From contig CALIRO010000016.1 of the NCBI GenBank assembly GCA_938042245.1, positions 46,004 through 110,003 on the forward strand: a DNA stretch of 64,000 nt, written 5' to 3'. A program made the position numbers and the translations under genes. The notes under the pieces were generated by a model. The model was not told the DNA's origin. It saw only the letters and a list, made by a program, of their open reading frames with translations, and did not search any database. Source of the DNA: an uncultured Thermoguttaceae bacterium. GTDB taxonomy: Bacteria > Planctomycetota > Planctomycetia > Pirellulales > Thermoguttaceae. Of this stretch, positions 1 to 8,737 are shown in pieces (the first letter of the stretch is position 1; every line of letters begins with the position of its first letter).

Positions 1-1464
1 ATGGACCTGCATGGGCCGAACGTCGATCTCGGCCACCACCTGGTCGATCTGGGCCAGCACACTTTCATAATCCCGGACCAGGACGGTTTCGGCGCCGGCA
101 AAGCTATTGCCGCCCGCTTTGTCGTCGTCGGAGGCGATGCCGATGTCAGCCGGTGCGGTGACGCTTACCAAGCCCACTTTTTCCGTAAGCAGCGGTTGAA
201 TGAGATCTTTCAGGTCGGAGGCTTTCACGTAATTGGGTCGATAGACTCGGGTGCCGATGCGGTCGGCCGCCTGCTCCATCCGAAGAAAATCTTCTGGGGT
301 GCCGACATAGATGAATTTTCCTTCACGACGCGCTACATAACCCGCCGAGCGCAAAATCGCTTGCAGGGCACTATCTAAATCCACCCCGGTCAACGTGGCG
401 GAAATTTTTCCCTGGACACTGCTGGTGGCCAGGATATTCAGATTGCCCTGTTCGCTAAGCATTTCGAGGACTTTGCGGATATCTTCATTCCGGATATTGA
501 TGATCAATTGGCCATCTCCCTCTTGGATCAGTTGGGCGGTGGCAGAAGCCGCCGGAGCGGAATCTGAAAAAAGGTTCCTGGTAGTTTGGCCACTTGATTT
601 GGACAGCGGTCTTAATTTCCCCAATCGGTTTGCCGATGGCTCGCTAGCCGAAGAGTCCGTACTCTGGGAAGTTTCCTCGTTGGCTGCCGGGCTAGCTGCT
701 TGAGTGGGGATGGGGCTAGGGGCAGTCGAGGCATTGGCCTCCCCTCCGCCTTCCCGGAGAGACGTTGGCGGAGCTTGTTCCATGGAAGCTCCATCGGAAC
801 TGGCCCCAGCCCCTTGGCCGGAACGCATTTGCCGCCATAGTTCCAGTAATTGCCGAGGCACTTCTTCCGTTGGCTGCTGGGCAGAGGGATTTTCTGACGA
901 TGCGCCCTGAGCGACCGATCCCCTCTCAGCCGCTCCGCTCTGCTCAGAGCCTCCAGGTTGGCCTGAACTGCTCGGCACTTGGGCCACTTTCCGCATGGCC
1001 ACCGGCACTAAGACCTCCGCCAAAAGGGGACCTGGCCCATGCCCCTGTCGTTCTGGTCTCCACAAACAAGCTTCGTTTCCTCCTAGAGTGCCAATTTGGC
1101 TTCCAAGGCCTGGCGGTTCCGAGCCAGAAGGTTGGGAGCAGGAATCGGAAGGAGCCTGAGGATCAGCACAGTGGTGGGAAGGTGGTTCGGATTGGGCAGC
1201 AGAGGTCCCTGTTGCCCTCCCACTAGGAGAAACCCCTCCTCTCCCTCTGGGAGCCCCAGAGGGGTTCTCAATGCCTGCCAAAGGGGTTTGGGCAAGGGCC
1301 TTAGGAGAAGAGGTTTCGGATTTTTCTGAAACCCCAAAAGCTCGGATGGCCGTCAGCGCTAGTTGCAAAGGACTGGGCGGATTGGCCAGGGCAATCAGCA
1401 CGGCCAATCCCACCCCTGCCAATATGCAAGCTCCGAAAAAGATCTTCTGCCTGCTGCTGTGCAT
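1..1464 (-). CDS. Secretin-family outer-membrane channel (PilQ/GspD-like), N-terminal 488 codons; gene continues past the left edge
   Basis: Not in the ORF track because it has no stop inside the window. In the minus frame whose codons occupy + positions 3n..3n-2, I found no in-frame TTA/CTA/TCA on the + strand from 1 to 1464. ATG at 1464-1462 gives MHSSRQKIFFGACILAGVGLAVLIALA (signal/anchor), then a ~190-aa S/P/A/G-rich linker. Next come GQLIINIRNEDIRKVLEMLSEQGNLNILATSSVQGKISATLTGVDLDSALQAIL (secretin N0/STN-like module), RVYRPNYVKASDLKDLIQPLL (Secretin_N-like) and VLAQIDQVVAEIDVRPMQV, the conserved entry into the secretin beta-domain. The listed + ORF 1..378 is its antisense shadow. Confidence 0.8.
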   Translation of the reverse strand, partial: MHSSRQKIFFGACILAGVGLAVLIALANPPSPLQLALTAIRAFGVSEKSETSSPKALAQTPLAGIENPSGAPRGRGGVSPSGRATGTSAAQSEPPSHHCADPQAPSDSCSQPSGSEPPGLGSQIGTLGGNEACLWRPERQGHGPGPLLAEVLVPVAMRKVAQVPSSSGQPGGSEQSGAAERGSVAQGASSENPSAQQPTEEVPRQLLELWRQMRSGQGAGASSDGASMEQAPPTSLREGGGEANASTAPSPIPTQAASPAANEETSQSTDSSASEPSANRLGKLRPLSKSSGQTTRNLFSDSAPAASATAQLIQEGDGQLIINIRNEDIRKVLEMLSEQGNLNILATSSVQGKISATLTGVDLDSALQAILRSAGYVARREGKFIYVGTPEDFLRMEQAADRIGTRVYRPNYVKASDLKDLIQPLLTEKVGLVSVTAPADIGIASDDDKAGGNSFAGAETVLVRDYESVLAQIDQVVAEIDVRPMQVH

Positions 1465-1555
1465 CGGTCTTCCATGACCCTGGGGAGAAGGAATTGGGTT
1501 AGCCCCCGCTGTTGGTGCCTGTTGTGGCAGGAACCCTCCGGATTTCCGTGGTGGT

Positions 1556-2326
1556 TTAGGGATTTTCCGGTTGGTTGGTGAAGACCATCTGGATTTCGAC
1601 GTTCGATAGGCTTCGCGGCAAAGGCACTTCGTACTGTCGATCGTTCCACTGGAGCTGAATGCCGGTGGGTAGGATTCGGCTCAGGCGGAACAGCCATTGT
1701 TGTCCGTCTTTAGTAACCAGCAGGGTATTTCCTTCTTGGTAGGTTCGGCCGTTAATCAAGGCAACCCGGCGGGTGGGGCCCACTACGATGCTGGTAAGTT
1801 CCACTTCCACCTGTTCCGGCGGTTCCTCTCGGAGGAGCGACTCGGAGGGGGAGGAGGACCGGGTGTTTCGACCAGTTTTAGCTTTTGGAGAATTTTCTGC
1901 CCAAGCGGTACTTTCTGAAAGGTTACTCCTGGGGAGTGGCTGGAACGGATCCCGTGGGACCGATGGCCCCTGGGCCGGTTGGGTCCGTGGATCCGCCTGC
2001 CGCCACTGAACAAGTAGATCCCAACGAGGCGGGGCCTCCTGGGCCTTTCCCGAGCCTGGAGACAGGGGCACTTCCCTACCTAAAGTAAGGTTCTGTATAC
2101 CCCCGGAGAGGGCCGGGAAAGCGTTTTCCCCGCTCACGGCTAAACTCTCCCCTGCGGTTGCTTTGGCCCGGACCAATTCCATCCCCTTAGAACCACTTAC
2201 CCACTTCCCCACTAGGGGGATCCAATAGTACAAAGCCACTAGGAGCAAACCCCCTAACAGGGCGGCTTTGCCCGGATTCGCTTTGATTTCCCGACGCAGT
2301 TGCGAGGCAAATCGGTTCCACGTCAC
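1556..2326 (-). CDS. Single-pass membrane protein with PilP/GspC-like C-terminal domain (secretin-coupling component)
   Basis: ORF track, 256 aa, GTG start. It has a basic N-terminus plus a TM helix (AALLGGLLLVALYYWIPLV), then a P/S-rich linker. The C-terminal LTSIVVGPTRRVALINGRTYQEGNTLLVTKDGQQWLFRLSRILPTGIQLQWNDRQYEV fits the PilP / GspC-HR pattern. It lies 91 nt upstream of the secretin gene on the same strand. Confidence 0.6.
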   Translation of the reverse strand: MTWNRFASQLRREIKANPGKAALLGGLLLVALYYWIPLVGKWVSGSKGMELVRAKATAGESLAVSGENAFPALSGGIQNLTLGREVPLSPGSGKAQEAPPRWDLLVQWRQADPRTQPAQGPSVPRDPFQPLPRSNLSESTAWAENSPKAKTGRNTRSSSPSESLLREEPPEQVEVELTSIVVGPTRRVALINGRTYQEGNTLLVTKDGQQWLFRLSRILPTGIQLQWNDRQYEVPLPRSLSNVEIQMVFTNQPENP

Positions 2327-2699
2327 GGGTCCGTAAGCCGACCTTCGGGCCCTAAGGCTTCGGCTCGGCTTCTCCTGCTATATCGGTTTTTTGGAATCTT
2401 TTATCTGATCGGAATTTTCAGGATTTTCGGTAAATATTGCATCCCCTTATGTGATAAGGGGTTAGAAAAAGAAACCGGCTGAAAGTCATGGAAATTTAAA
2501 ACTTGGGGGGTAGGTTTCCCACTAATTTTGGGGGACCCCCAGCATCTGTAATAAGGCTTTCCTGAGGCCTATGGCTTCCGCAAAATCCTCCTCCGTTACC
2601 CGCCAATAATGCCGAAAACCCCTCGAGGGGTTATGCCAACCCAAGCCGTAGCTCCATGAGCCGGAGACTCCCTAGCCAACTCTGTTGCCCTGGACTGCC

Positions 2700-3456
2700 T
2701 TAGAGCCATCAAAAGCCTCGGCCAGGAGGTTCATCCAGCCTCCACGACGGACTCAACCCAATACTGCCAATTTTTCCCTTGGCCGCCACCAGGTAATGAC
2801 AAACTCTGCGCCCTCTGGGGCAGCATCCCAAGTGTGTTTCCGGTAAGGCGCACGCTCCGGGAAAATCGGAATCAGCCTCGCCCGATAGCCGCTTCGACGA
2901 GTTTTGGGGCTTGGGATTGTCATCCGTCGTTTTGCCCATTCAATATGCCCCAACATAAAACTAGGGTTTCGCTTGGTGTTCGTAAAGCGCCAAACCGGGC
3001 CAAGGCCACTATCAACCGAAGTTCTGGATCGGGAATCACCTCCAAAACCTTTTCGATTTCCTGCTTGTTCCTCTCACACTAGATTGGGTCGAAGGCCCCA
3101 AGGAACGCCATCAAAAGGGGTTCTGGAACCTATTGCCCGCCTGGTGGCGTTCATTAAAAATCTGTTTAGAAATGCCGATCATCCTGTCGATGGTGTTTGC
3201 CCACGGCGCTCTCGGGTTTCCTGCAACTTCCACAGTCTTGCCGCCCCACTGCGAACCAACACACAAAATCAGAGGCCTCTCCAGGGGTAATGGAGTTGGC
3301 CTGTCTTTTTGCCCCGAAAAAGGCAATCAGTTTCCAGATAGTCATTTTCCAATTTCTCATGGAATTGGGGGCTTCAGCCGTCTGCCAGGCTAGGTATTCC
3401 TCCAGAAGCTTCCCAAGAGGGCAGGTCTGGGTTTTTTCTATCTGGTATGCAGCCAA
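2700..3456 (-). pseudogene. Tyrosine recombinase (phage-type integrase) pseudogene, frameshifted and C-terminally truncated
   Basis: Several minus frames together spell one integrase. 3456-3166 gives MAAYQIEKTQ..LLEEYLAWQTAE. The shifted frame 3326-3111 gives ..TIDRMIGISKQIFNERHQAGNRFQNPF (SAM-like N domain). My translation of ~3075-2950 gives RNKQEIEKVLEVIPDPELRLIVALARFGALRTPSETLVLCW, preceded by an in-frame TAG. 2956-2753 gives ..IEWAKRRMTIPSPKTRRSGYRARLIPIFPERAPY (start of the catalytic domain). The HxxR/Tyr half is absent. Confidence 0.65.
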
Positions 3457-4545
3457 GCTTGGCCAACCGCTTTCGGAACCTCCCGTCTAAATTGGGCCAA
3501 CCTATTAAAGACTTACACCCCTCTGGAGCCGCTTCTAGCCTCTTGGGAGGCCAAAAGCCGCTCCGTCAATACCACCTGTGCTTGCCGTTGGGATCCCTTG
3601 CGAATCCGGAGGCACCGTTGCCGCCCCCCAAAATCATACCATATAAATCCGCCAACCTCCTTTCCGGGCACTGGGGGTTTCTTCAGAAAGACTAGCCAAT
3701 TTCTCTGCCTCCGGTTATTATGTTCCCGTTGTAACCGCAAATCCGTTCTAAATTGTGCCGCCGTATCCCTAAAAGCGCAACCCCGTTGCTTTTCCATCCG
3801 TTATTGGGATTGTCTCCCCATAATTGGGTTTTGGCTTCGGAGGCGGGCACCAGGTTTTAGAGATTCCATAAAAATTGCCGGCATATTGCCCATTACCAAA
3901 TTCACGTCGGTAGCATCAGGTCCCCCCTAAAGTAGTAATACAACTAATTGTGTTTCATGAAGTTATGAAATACAAAATACTGTATCCAGAGAGGTTCGGT
4001 TAGGTTTCGGCATGAAAATTGCGCTTAAGAACCCAGTCAGGGGGCGTTACCCACGAGTGGGATACCTTCACCCCCCGAAAATTAACCCTCAAAAAATCCG
4101 TTCTACATGTCATTCCAGGTGAGGTTGTTGAGATTATAAAATAAAAGCCTCCCTCTAGATTTCTGGCTCCCGGGGCCGATTAAGGGGCTTTGGTGGGTTT
4201 ATCTTTGGCCCCCATCAGCTCCCCGATTGCTCATGCTAAATCATAGCCAACATGATTATAATTGCTATATATTGACAGGCCAAAGATGCTGCACAAGCGC
4301 CGAAGCTCTTGGCGCATTTTTGGAAGCAAGTAGAATACTTAGCCGCTGAAGGTTTCCGAAAACCAAACGCTGGTCTGTGGTTTGGCCTTAGGGGAATCGG
4401 TTTGAGGGGCTATTCCACGCTCAGCCGATGCGGGGGCCTTTTAGGGGTTGTTTGGGGGCGTTTTGAGAAAAGTTTGACGCCTTTTATGACACTAGCTTCC
4501 AGAGGATCGACGCAAGTTGTTATTTCTGGAGGAGTTGTAGAAATC

Positions 4546-4567
4546 GGTTCGAGTCCTGTGGTGCTGA
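4546..4567 (+). other. tRNA 3'-end-like fragment (half T-stem + T-loop + T-stem + acceptor strand + discriminator); possible att-site remnant
   Basis: GG-TTCGAGT-CCTGT-GGTGCTG-A parses as GG, T-loop, 3' T-stem, 7-nt acceptor strand ending in G72, and A73. The 5' T-stem partner (ACAGG) and a complementary 5' acceptor strand are absent upstream, so this is not an intact tRNA. An intrinsic terminator follows immediately. Confidence 0.3.
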
Positions 4568-4570
4568 TGG

Positions 4571-4610
4571 CCTGTTTGACCCAGAGTGTCAAACAGGTCT
4601 TTGCTTTTGT
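4571..4610 (+). terminator. Rho-independent terminator
   Basis: A perfect 10-bp stem, CCTGTTTGAC (4571-4580) with GTCAAACAGG (4588-4597), has a 7-nt loop and is followed by TCTTTGCTTTTGT. It sits inside the listed ORF 4309..4614, which argues that ORF is spurious. Confidence 0.6.
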
Positions 4611-4823
4611 ATGAACCCTCCTATGCGAAGGAGAAAGAGCCTTACCTACTCTCCTTTATAGGGGGTATGTGGAAAGGTCTTACCAACGGGCCAGTTGTCG
4701 CACTTTCGTGGCGGCAGAGGCCGGGCTGGACCAAAAGCCAAACTTGGAGAGGTGGCCGCCCTGACAGCGGGGGCATGCTGCCCGCAACGCCTGGCAGCGC
4801 GGAGGGTTCGTCCGCACATGCCC

Positions 4824-4886
4824 CCTTACCCTAACCTCTCCCACCAAAGGGATAGGGGATTGTGCCCCTCTCCTATGGGGTCAGAG
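4824..4886 (+). repeat. REP-like palindromic repeat, family 2 (CCTCTCCC..GGGAGAGG type), two degenerate units
   Basis: The sequence is ccttaccctaacctctcccaccaaagggataggggattgtgcccctctcctatggggtcagagg. The same motif class recurs at 37211, 46488, 51104 and 51224. Confidence 0.6.
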
Positions 4887-4944
4887 GCCCGGCTAACCGA
4901 CCAGTTGACCGGATAACGTGGGCCGCAGGAGGGGGCCTCGGTTT

Positions 4945-4971
4945 CCATTCCCCCGCAAGCGGCAGTCCAAG
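4945..4971 (+). repeat. REP-like palindromic repeat, family 1 (variant)
   Basis: ccattcccccgcaagcggcagtccaag matches the family consensus TGTCATTCCCGCGCAAGCGG(G/C)A(A/G)TCCAGG. Confidence 0.6.
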
Positions 4972-5083
4972 TACTCTGGGGTATAGAGCACCGCCTGTCA
5001 GACGGAGGGTGGGTATTTTTCGCTTAACTGGCAAGAAACTCAGGTCTCACAGACTAACTCACAATACGAAAGGAGCATATCTT

Positions 5084-5182
5084 ATGGCAAAACCCCATCG
5101 GAAGATCAAAAAGGCCAATCACGGGAAACGCCCTGCCAATCCCAAAGCGCGGCGGATGAAGCGCTGGGCTGTCAAGACGTAG
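5084..5182 (+). CDS. 32-aa highly basic peptide with a KANHGKRP motif (possible small ribosomal-type protein)
   Basis: ATG at 5084 is preceded by AAAGGAG with an 8-nt spacer. The translation is MAKPHRKIKKANHGKRPANPKARRMKRWAVKT, ending at TAG 5180-5182. It is buried in the 3' end of a longer, implausible track ORF (4862..5182). Confidence 0.55.
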   Translation: MAKPHRKIKKANHGKRPANPKARRMKRWAVKT

Positions 5183-5560
5183 CCTGCCCCATAGCCAGCC
5201 TGCAAGGGCACTAGTGTGCCGCGGCCTGTTGGCTTGTAGAGGAAGGGGTTGGGGCTGAAATTCTGTTGGCCAATTGGATAAGATAGACAAAATAGGCTGT
5301 GGTGGGGGAAACTCATAGAGATTTCCAGACCCCATCACAGGGGGTGTGGTTTTCTTTGCTGGGGGAGGTATGTTAAACCTTAGCCGAAGTAGCCGAAAGA
5401 ACCTTCCGGGCTTCTAAACGAGGACCTTCCCGGGGCCAGGTCAGTGGCCCGTAGAAAAGGCCCGGAGAACAAAAAACTTCGTTTCTGGGCTGGCAGAAGG
5501 CTGTTCTGGTGTGTCAGCCGGTCCACTTGCTTCAGAGGTATTTCCGGAAAGGAGCTGGTC

Positions 5561-6112
5561 GTGCCGAGAAGACCGCCGATTTTGGACTTTTCGGAGTTCG
5601 ATTTAAACCAGATTGTGGCCGACATTGAGGTCATCCGCCAATACAATCGGCAGCGATACGAGATGGAGCAATTGACCGCGGTGTGTTTTGAGGATCATAA
5701 GAGGCGGATCTGTGTGGGCTATAAGGATGTAACGCCGAACGAGTTTTGGGTTCGAGGCCATATGCCTGGGATGCCGCTGATGCCGGGGGTGATCATGTGC
5801 GAGGCGGCGGCCCAACTGGCCAGTTACTATACCCATCGGTATGGGCTGATGGACGGCGCGTTGATCGGGTTTGGCGGGCTGGAGGATGTCCGGTTCCGGG
5901 GTATTGTTCGACCAGGGGATCGATTAGTCATCATGGCCCAACTGTTGAAAATCCGCAAACAGATGCTCACCTGTGAGTTTCAAGGCTATACCAATCAAAA
6001 TCGGGTTTGCGAAGGGATTTTGATTGGCATTCCTTTGCCGGTCGAGCAATTGATGGAGGGGGCAGCGACCCTTCCAGAGCCGGACTCTTCCCCGGACGCC
6101 CAAACAGGCTAA
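5561..6112 (+). CDS. FabZ/FabA-like 3-hydroxyacyl-ACP dehydratase (hot-dog fold)
   Basis: The track ORF is 5444..6112. GHMPGMPLMPGVIMCEAAAQLASYY is the His/Pro-Gly-Val active-site signature of FabZ-family dehydratases. The likely start is GTG 5561 (in frame, GGAAAGGAG 7 nt upstream); the first 39 track codons look non-coding. Confidence 0.8.
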   Translation: MPRRPPILDFSEFDLNQIVADIEVIRQYNRQRYEMEQLTAVCFEDHKRRICVGYKDVTPNEFWVRGHMPGMPLMPGVIMCEAAAQLASYYTHRYGLMDGALIGFGGLEDVRFRGIVRPGDRLVIMAQLLKIRKQMLTCEFQGYTNQNRVCEGILIGIPLPVEQLMEGAATLPEPDSSPDAQTG

Positions 6113-6206
6113 TTTGTCTTGGGAACTCCTTGGGTTCCCTTCCGGCATGAGGTTTGCCAACAAACTATTTTCTTGGTACCATTTCCGCCGAATGGCGTAA
6201 CCTATC

Positions 6207-6279
6207 TTTCCTGCGCCCGCCGGAATCCGGGTGTTGGACTGGTTTCGGTGCTGGACTGCCGCTTCCACGGGAACGACAC
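6207..6279. repeat. Convergent pair of family-1 REP-like units
   Basis: The direct unit is ctttcctgcgcccgccggaatccgggtg (6207-6233). The inverted unit is ctggactgccgcttccacgggaacgacac (6251-6279). Confidence 0.6.
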
Positions 6280-6536
6280 TCTAGGGCGTTTTCCCTAAAA
6301 AAACAGGAACCTATGACACTGGGCTGAGGTGTTGCTATTTTTGTAAAAATGGATATTATCGGGAGGAGGTGAGATCGTTTTTAGATAGGGGGCGCCTGCG
6401 CCTGCTGGCGTCAGAACGGATGCAGGTCGGTTATCCTGGTTAAATCGCAGGGAGCGATTTGTCCACTTGGTTCTTACCTGCCGGAATAAAATATACATTC
6501 TGACATTTTTGCGTTTGTTCCCTAAGGAGTCCGTGG

Positions 6537-7367
6537 ATGTTTTTCCCCTTCCACGACGACAACCCAACGCATCGATTTCCCTGGGTTACGGTGGGACTGA
6601 TTGTGATCAATGTGGTGCTTTTTATTCAGTTGCAGAGCCTTCCGGAGCAGAAGCAAATCGAACGGGTAATTCATCAGGGGTTTATTCCGGCTCGGATCGG
6701 CAGTTTATTTTCCCGAAAGCCGGTCCTGGTAGAAATCGAGCATCAGCGGCAGCGGCATCCTTGGTGGATTTGGGGGCCGATGGTGCATCGTCAAGCCTAT
6801 CAGCTTCCGCCCGACTTCAGAGATGTACTGGGTACTTTGTTTACATGCATGTTTTTACATGGCGGTTGGGCGCACTTGATTGGGAATATGTGGTTTTTAT
6901 GGCTTTTTGGCAATAATGTGGAAGATCGGCTAGGGGCGGGAGTGTTTATCCTATTTTACCTCATAGGAGGACTTTTAGCTACTGGTGTTCATTGGCTTAC
7001 AGACCCGACGAGCACTCGGCCTGTGGTTGGCGCCAGCGGCGCCATCTCCGCCGTCCTGGGGGCCTATGCGGTCACCTGGCCTTGGGCGAGGATTCATACC
7101 TTGGTCTTTTTGGGTTTTTTGATTACCCGGGTGTATTTACCCGCCCTGGTGGTATTGGGATTTTGGTTTTTGGGCCAGTTGCTCGAAGCCGTTCAGGCAC
7201 TCCAGTTAGGCATTGACGGGGGTATAGCCTGGTGGGCCCATATTGGAGGGTTTCTGGCCGGAGTGTTTTTGATGCCGCTGCTGCGGGATGCTGTGGACCA
7301 ATATCGTCTGGCCCAATGGCGCCGTCAGGTCCAAGATTGGCCCACCGAAGATTCCGACGCTTGGTAA
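6537..7367 (+). CDS. Rhomboid-family intramembrane serine protease
   Basis: 276 aa, with AAGGAG 8 nt upstream of the ATG. The protein is multi-TM, with FLHGGWAHLIGNMWFLWLFG (HxxxN region) and VGASGAISAVLGAY (GxSG catalytic Ser). Confidence 0.9.
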   Translation: MFFPFHDDNPTHRFPWVTVGLIVINVVLFIQLQSLPEQKQIERVIHQGFIPARIGSLFSRKPVLVEIEHQRQRHPWWIWGPMVHRQAYQLPPDFRDVLGTLFTCMFLHGGWAHLIGNMWFLWLFGNNVEDRLGAGVFILFYLIGGLLATGVHWLTDPTSTRPVVGASGAISAVLGAYAVTWPWARIHTLVFLGFLITRVYLPALVVLGFWFLGQLLEAVQALQLGIDGGIAWWAHIGGFLAGVFLMPLLRDAVDQYRLAQWRRQVQDWPTEDSDAW

Positions 7368-7437
7368 TCTCAGAGTCATCTTAGAAGGCGACTGTCCGAG
7401 GGCGGAGACGGTTCCATAGGAAGTTTCCCCGATAACA

Positions 7438-8112
7438 ATGGCCCGGCCTAGAGTGCGGAAAATCGATCCTGCGCTGGACCTTTCGCGGCATTATTATCTG
7501 TTGGCGGATTTGCCTCGGCCGTTGGATCCGGCGGTGCTGTTTGGCCGCTCTGCTCCGCTGGAACTCGATGTGGGCAGCGGCAAGGGGCTTTTTCTGTGTC
7601 AGGCCGCCGCTGCCTTCCCAGACCGAGATTTTCTGGGTGTCGAATTGGCCGTCAAATATGCCCAATATTCGGCGGCCCAATTGGCAAAACGGCATCTGCC
7701 CAACGCAAAAGTCATCCAGGGCGATGCCCTGCGCCTTTTTGCCGAGTGGTTGCCGGATGGCCTTCTTACAGCGGTGCATATTTACTTTCCGGATCCTTGG
7801 TGGAAGAAACGGCACAAGAAGCGGCGGATCATGCGGGAGAGTTTCCTGCGGGACGTAGAGCGGGTGCTGGAGCCGGGCGGAAGGTTGCATTTCTGGACAG
7901 ATGTTCAAGAATATTTCGAAACAAGCCTGGAGTTACTAGCCCGCTGCACCCGCCTGGAAGGCCCGTTGCCCGAATCCACTTCGCAGGGGTCAGAACCCTT
8001 CGAATATCGGACCCATTTTGAACGGCGCAATCGGCTCCAAGGGGCCGCCATTTACCGGGCCGTATTTCGAAAATCTACCCTTCCCTTGCCCCAAGCCGAG
8101 CAAACCGGCTGA
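7438..8112 (+). CDS. trmB: tRNA (guanine-N7)-methyltransferase
   Basis: 224 aa. Motifs are LELDVGSGKGLFL (SAM motif I), VHIYFPDPWWKKRHKKRRIM and EPGGRLHFWTDVQEYF, which are characteristic of TrmB. Confidence 0.9.
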   Translation: MARPRVRKIDPALDLSRHYYLLADLPRPLDPAVLFGRSAPLELDVGSGKGLFLCQAAAAFPDRDFLGVELAVKYAQYSAAQLAKRHLPNAKVIQGDALRLFAEWLPDGLLTAVHIYFPDPWWKKRHKKRRIMRESFLRDVERVLEPGGRLHFWTDVQEYFETSLELLARCTRLEGPLPESTSQGSEPFEYRTHFERRNRLQGAAIYRAVFRKSTLPLPQAEQTG

Positions 8113-8176
8113 GCTAGAAAACCGCGCTCCCAGCGGAATCGGTAGGCAGAAGGGTAAGCAGGCCGGTACCAAGAAG

Positions 8177-8737
8177 TTAAACGGAACCTATTTCCACCGC
8201 TTTATACACGGTTCGTAGCGTGCGGAAGCCGATCCGCCGATACAGCCGAATGGCCCCCCAATTGCCCGCCGTAACTTCCAGTTGCACCCGCTGGATGCCA
8301 GATCGGCGGAAGCCGTCTAACGCATGCCCCAGCAACACCGTGCCTAATCCGCGGCGGCGATGCGGCGGAGTAACCCCCAGATTCTGGATGGACCCAAAAC
8401 CCTGCGGGTCAATGATCCCCTGCACCGTGCCGCAGGGTTCAAACTCTCGGCCATGGGGGCCGCAATAGACCGCCAGCCAGGTCGCCGCCGGTAAAAAGCC
8501 CACCCGCTGGGTGATGTCCCGCATCAGACGTTGGCAACCGGCTAGGCTGGCAAAACAGGGGAAAAGATGGGCGTCCATTTCGTCGCAGAAGCTGAGGTAT
8601 TTTGCCTGCGCATGCGCCTCCAGAAGCCTTTCCTGCCAAGGCCAGACCTGATAGCCTTCCGGACAAGCCAACGGCGGCACCTGCTGTGTAGCCAAATCAA
8701 TTTCCATCCGGAACCGCTTAAAATACGTGAGCGTCAT
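8177..8737 (-). CDS. GNAT-family N-acetyltransferase
   Basis: 186 aa. The acetyl-CoA binding motif A is LGVTPPHRRRGLGTVLLGHAL...AIRLYRRIGFR. Confidence 0.85.
   Translation of the reverse strand: MTLTYFKRFRMEIDLATQQVPPLACPEGYQVWPWQERLLEAHAQAKYLSFCDEMDAHLFPCFASLAGCQRLMRDITQRVGFLPAATWLAVYCGPHGREFEPCGTVQGIIDPQGFGSIQNLGVTPPHRRRGLGTVLLGHALDGFRRSGIQRVQLEVTAGNWGAIRLYRRIGFRTLRTVYKAVEIGSV

Noticed and set aside
2617-2632. The perfect palindrome aacccctcgaggggtt, considered as a minus-strand terminator for the integrase relic.
   Set aside because: The stem is only 6 bp with a 4-nt loop, and the trailing T-run is only 4 nt (partly within the stem). This is too weak to call, and it may be just an XhoI-like palindrome.
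3513-3797. The 94-aa minus ORF next to the integrase, considered as a possible excisionase or HTH gene.
   Set aside because: I could not recognise any helix-turn-helix or excisionase pattern in any frame, and there is no SD. It is treated as non-coding island remnant.
4300-4568. Possible tmRNA (ssrA). The evidence was a GGTTCGAGTCC T-arm-like motif before a terminator, a GGATCGACG-like segment at ~4503, and an ..EYLAA.. reading frame at ~4333.
   Set aside because: The 3' end lacks the tmRNA acceptor (..CTCCACCA) and G3-U70 context. No complementary GGGG.. 5' strand is present. The LAA codons are not followed by a stop, and the T-stem cannot pair with the upstream sequence.
4309-4614. The 101-aa + ORF (MAHFWKQVEYLAAEG...).
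   Set aside because: It has no SD and odd composition, and a perfect intrinsic terminator hairpin lies inside its 3' end. The region more likely produces non-coding RNA or is island debris.
4716-4895. Possible RNase P RNA. Two segments, cagaggccgggctgg (~4716) and cagaggcccggctaaccgaccag (~4881), resemble the P4 strands (GAGGAAAGTCCGGGCT / ACAGAACCCGGCTTA).
   Set aside because: The near-universal AAAGTCC core is missing. The two strands are only ~165 nt apart, far too short for P5-P18. The interval is filled with REP-like palindromes. This is most likely a chance resemblance within a repeat cluster.
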